Source of the DNA: a virus
Direction: 5' to 3' (one strand)
Length of the DNA stretch: 64,000 nt
IMG/VR virus record: IMGVR_UViG_3300047409_000171
Span: 6,156-70,155 of that record
The notes below the pieces were generated by a model. That model did not search any database. It had not been told where the DNA came from and saw nothing but the letters and a program-made list of their open reading frames with translations. The position numbers were made by a program, and so were the translations under genes. This document shows, one piece after another, positions 62,309-64,000 of this stretch (positions are counted from its first letter, which is position 1; each line of letters opens with the position of its first letter).

Positions 62309-62478
62309 AAGTCTGGGTCCAAGCCAAGGTAGTCCCGCGCAAGTGGTGGTTTGGCCGCAAGGTGACGTACTACGTCCACACTGACTTCATGGAGCAAGGG
62401 CCGTACCGGACCGTTGATGAGGCGCTGGATCAGGCTGTTGTGCTTCGGCTGGCGGACATGTCAGAGGATCGGTGGTAG
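62305..62478 (+). CDS. Hypothetical protein
   Basis: GGAGG RBS, coupled. Confidence 0.55.
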   Translation: MKVWVQAKVVPRKWWFGRKVTYYVHTDFMEQGPYRTVDEALDQAVVLRLADMSEDRW

Positions 62479-62480
62479 CG

Positions 62481-62630
62481 ATGTTTTGGCTCGTGCTGAT
62501 CGTATCGGGAACCATCGTGCAGACGTGGGGTCCGACGCCAAGGGCTGAGTGTGAGGCGCGCAAGGTCGTGATGGCGGTCGATAAGCCGCCGCGCCATGCT
62601 TATGAGTGCGTTAGGAACAAGCGCCGGTGA
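62481..62630 (+). CDS. Small hypothetical protein
   Basis: MFWLVLIV...AECEA...YECV; stop overlaps the terL GTG. Confidence 0.5.
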   Translation: MFWLVLIVSGTIVQTWGPTPRAECEARKVVMAVDKPPRHAYECVRNKRR

Positions 62631-64000
62631 ACGCCCGCGACCCCGACCTACAGGACAGGGTGAACAAGCTCCGCCAAGCGACGGAGTGGCGCAAGCTACG
62701 CCGATCGTTCGTGGGGGAAGGCGGATTGCTGAGGTTCGTGAAGCACTTCTGGCATGTGCTTGAGCCGATGACCAAGTTTGTCGATGGGTGGCCTCTGCAA
62801 GCGATATGCGACCATCTGCAGGCCGTGACCGAAGGCAGGATCACGCGGCTTCTGATCAATGTGCCACCGGGGTTCATGAAATCGCTACTGACAGATGTGT
62901 TCTGGCCGGCGTGGGAGTGGGGCCCAATGGATATGGGACATCTCCGCTATGTGGCATTCTCCTATTCGGCTACCTTGACGGAGAGAGACAACCGGCGATT
63001 TGCTTCTTTGGTAACTTGTCCGGAATACCAAAACTTGTACGGCGATAAGATTGTGGTCGTGCGGACTGGGGACAGGAATGTCTCCAACAGGGCCACGGGC
63101 TGGAAGCTAGCGTCATCCGTGGGTGGCGTCTCGACCGGTGAGCGTGGCGACCGAATCATCTTGGACGATCCGCACAACGTGAAAGAAGCTGAATCTGAAA
63201 TCGTCCGAAATGAGACCGTGCGGTGGTTCCGAGAATCGATGTCAAACCGTCTCAACAATATGGAGACGGGAGCCATCGTCATCATCATGCAACGTGTGCA
63301 TGGAACAGACGTTTCTGGGGTCATCCTTGATAGCGGAATGAACTATGTCAACCTCATGATCCCCATGGAGTATGAGTTTGACAGGCAGACGGATGATGAT
63401 GGTTACCCGATTAAAACAGCGATAGGCTGGTACGATCCTCGCTATGAGAAAGGCGAGCCTGACGACATAGAAGGAATGCTGGCTTGGCCAGAACGGTTTT
63501 CCCCAGAAGTTTGGGAGAACATGAAGCTGGATGTCACGCCGCATGCTATTGCGGGTCAGTACCAGCAGCGTCCCGTTCCTCGAGGCGGCGGCATCTTCAA
63601 ACGGGAGTGGTGGCAATATTGGGGGGATAAGTGGCCCGAGTTTGAATACATCATTGCCTCCTTGGATACGGCCTTTACCGAGCAGGAGCGCAATGATCCC
63701 AGTGCCATGACAGTGTGGGGAATTTTTCAGAACCAGGAAGGCTATAATCGAGTGATGTTGGTGAATGCTTGGCGCAAGCATTTGGCCTTTTCTGCATCGC
63801 GAAATATATTGGAAAGCCTGCCTCGGGAAAGCCACGGGCAATGGGTTGTCCGCACCCAAAAGCATTGGGGGCTATTGGAATGGGTGCATCACACCTGCAA
63901 ATTGTATAAGGTGGATCATCTGTTGATTGAGGCTAAGGCAAACGGGATATCTGCGGCTCAGGAGTTGCAGAATCGGTTTGGGAGGGAGAATTATTCTGTT
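62627..64000 (+). CDS. terL: Terminase large subunit (runs off the window)
   Basis: RLLINVPPGFMKS (Walker A), TGERGD.IILDDP (Walker B), IMQR.H..D, GQYQQRP, SLDTA, LIE.KA.G. Confidence 0.95.
   Translation, partial: MNARDPDLQDRVNKLRQATEWRKLRRSFVGEGGLLRFVKHFWHVLEPMTKFVDGWPLQAICDHLQAVTEGRITRLLINVPPGFMKSLLTDVFWPAWEWGPMDMGHLRYVAFSYSATLTERDNRRFASLVTCPEYQNLYGDKIVVVRTGDRNVSNRATGWKLASSVGGVSTGERGDRIILDDPHNVKEAESEIVRNETVRWFRESMSNRLNNMETGAIVIIMQRVHGTDVSGVILDSGMNYVNLMIPMEYEFDRQTDDDGYPIKTAIGWYDPRYEKGEPDDIEGMLAWPERFSPEVWENMKLDVTPHAIAGQYQQRPVPRGGGIFKREWWQYWGDKWPEFEYIIASLDTAFTEQERNDPSAMTVWGIFQNQEGYNRVMLVNAWRKHLAFSASRNILESLPRESHGQWVVRTQKHWGLLEWVHHTCKLYKVDHLLIEAKANGISAAQELQNRFGRENYSV

Larger units (their letters stand above)
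1..64000. mobile_element. Near-complete tailed phage genome (podovirus-like layout), probably alphaproteobacterial host; portal and TerL 3' end lie outside the window
   Basis: TerS/TerL, major capsid, adaptor/nozzle, ejection proteins, endolysin/holins, RecT, DnaB; dense co-oriented genes; no housekeeping genes. Confidence 0.95.

Noticed and set aside
1-64000. CRISPR array, diversity-generating retroelement, integrase/att site, DNA polymerase
   Set aside because: No regularly spaced repeats, reverse transcriptase, recombinase or polymerase motifs seen; such genes could lie outside the window

Overview
The window is most of the genome of a tailed (podovirus-like) dsDNA phage, probably infecting an alphaproteobacterium. 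Host clues are a tRNA-His without G-1 and with A73, an EcfG-type promoter and a GapR-like gene. It reads as circularly permuted: it starts just after where a portal gene would sit and ends inside TerL. Modules in order: GroES-like gene and scaffold; an ~11 kb sugar-biosynthesis/glycosylation cluster (2 glycosyltransferases, nucleotidyltransferase-kinase, GmhA-like isomerase, TPP alpha/beta pair, radical SAM, methyltransferase); a leader-peptide/attenuator-like element; an IS1595-family element with passenger genes; a 20-tRNA array; capsid, tail and ejection genes; a perfect chromosomal-type parS; lysis; a leftward recombination operon; a divergent promoter switch; replication (DnaB preceded by a ~460-nt structured non-coding region); small accessory genes; TerS and TerL. 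No integrase, DNA polymerase, ParA/ParB or CRISPR is visible. Most notable: (1) small dispersed genes that look like fragment paralogues of the phage's own virion proteins (capsid, nozzle and others), possibly decoys; (2) two tRNA-Arg genes lacking a D-arm, with a D-loop-like motif after the anticodon arm; (3) an orphan parS; (4) the structured RNA-like region before dnaB; (5) a shared hairpin leader on four homing endonuclease genes; (6) a C5 methyltransferase apparently split across two overlapping frames. All homology calls are by-eye motif recognition; no database searches were run.
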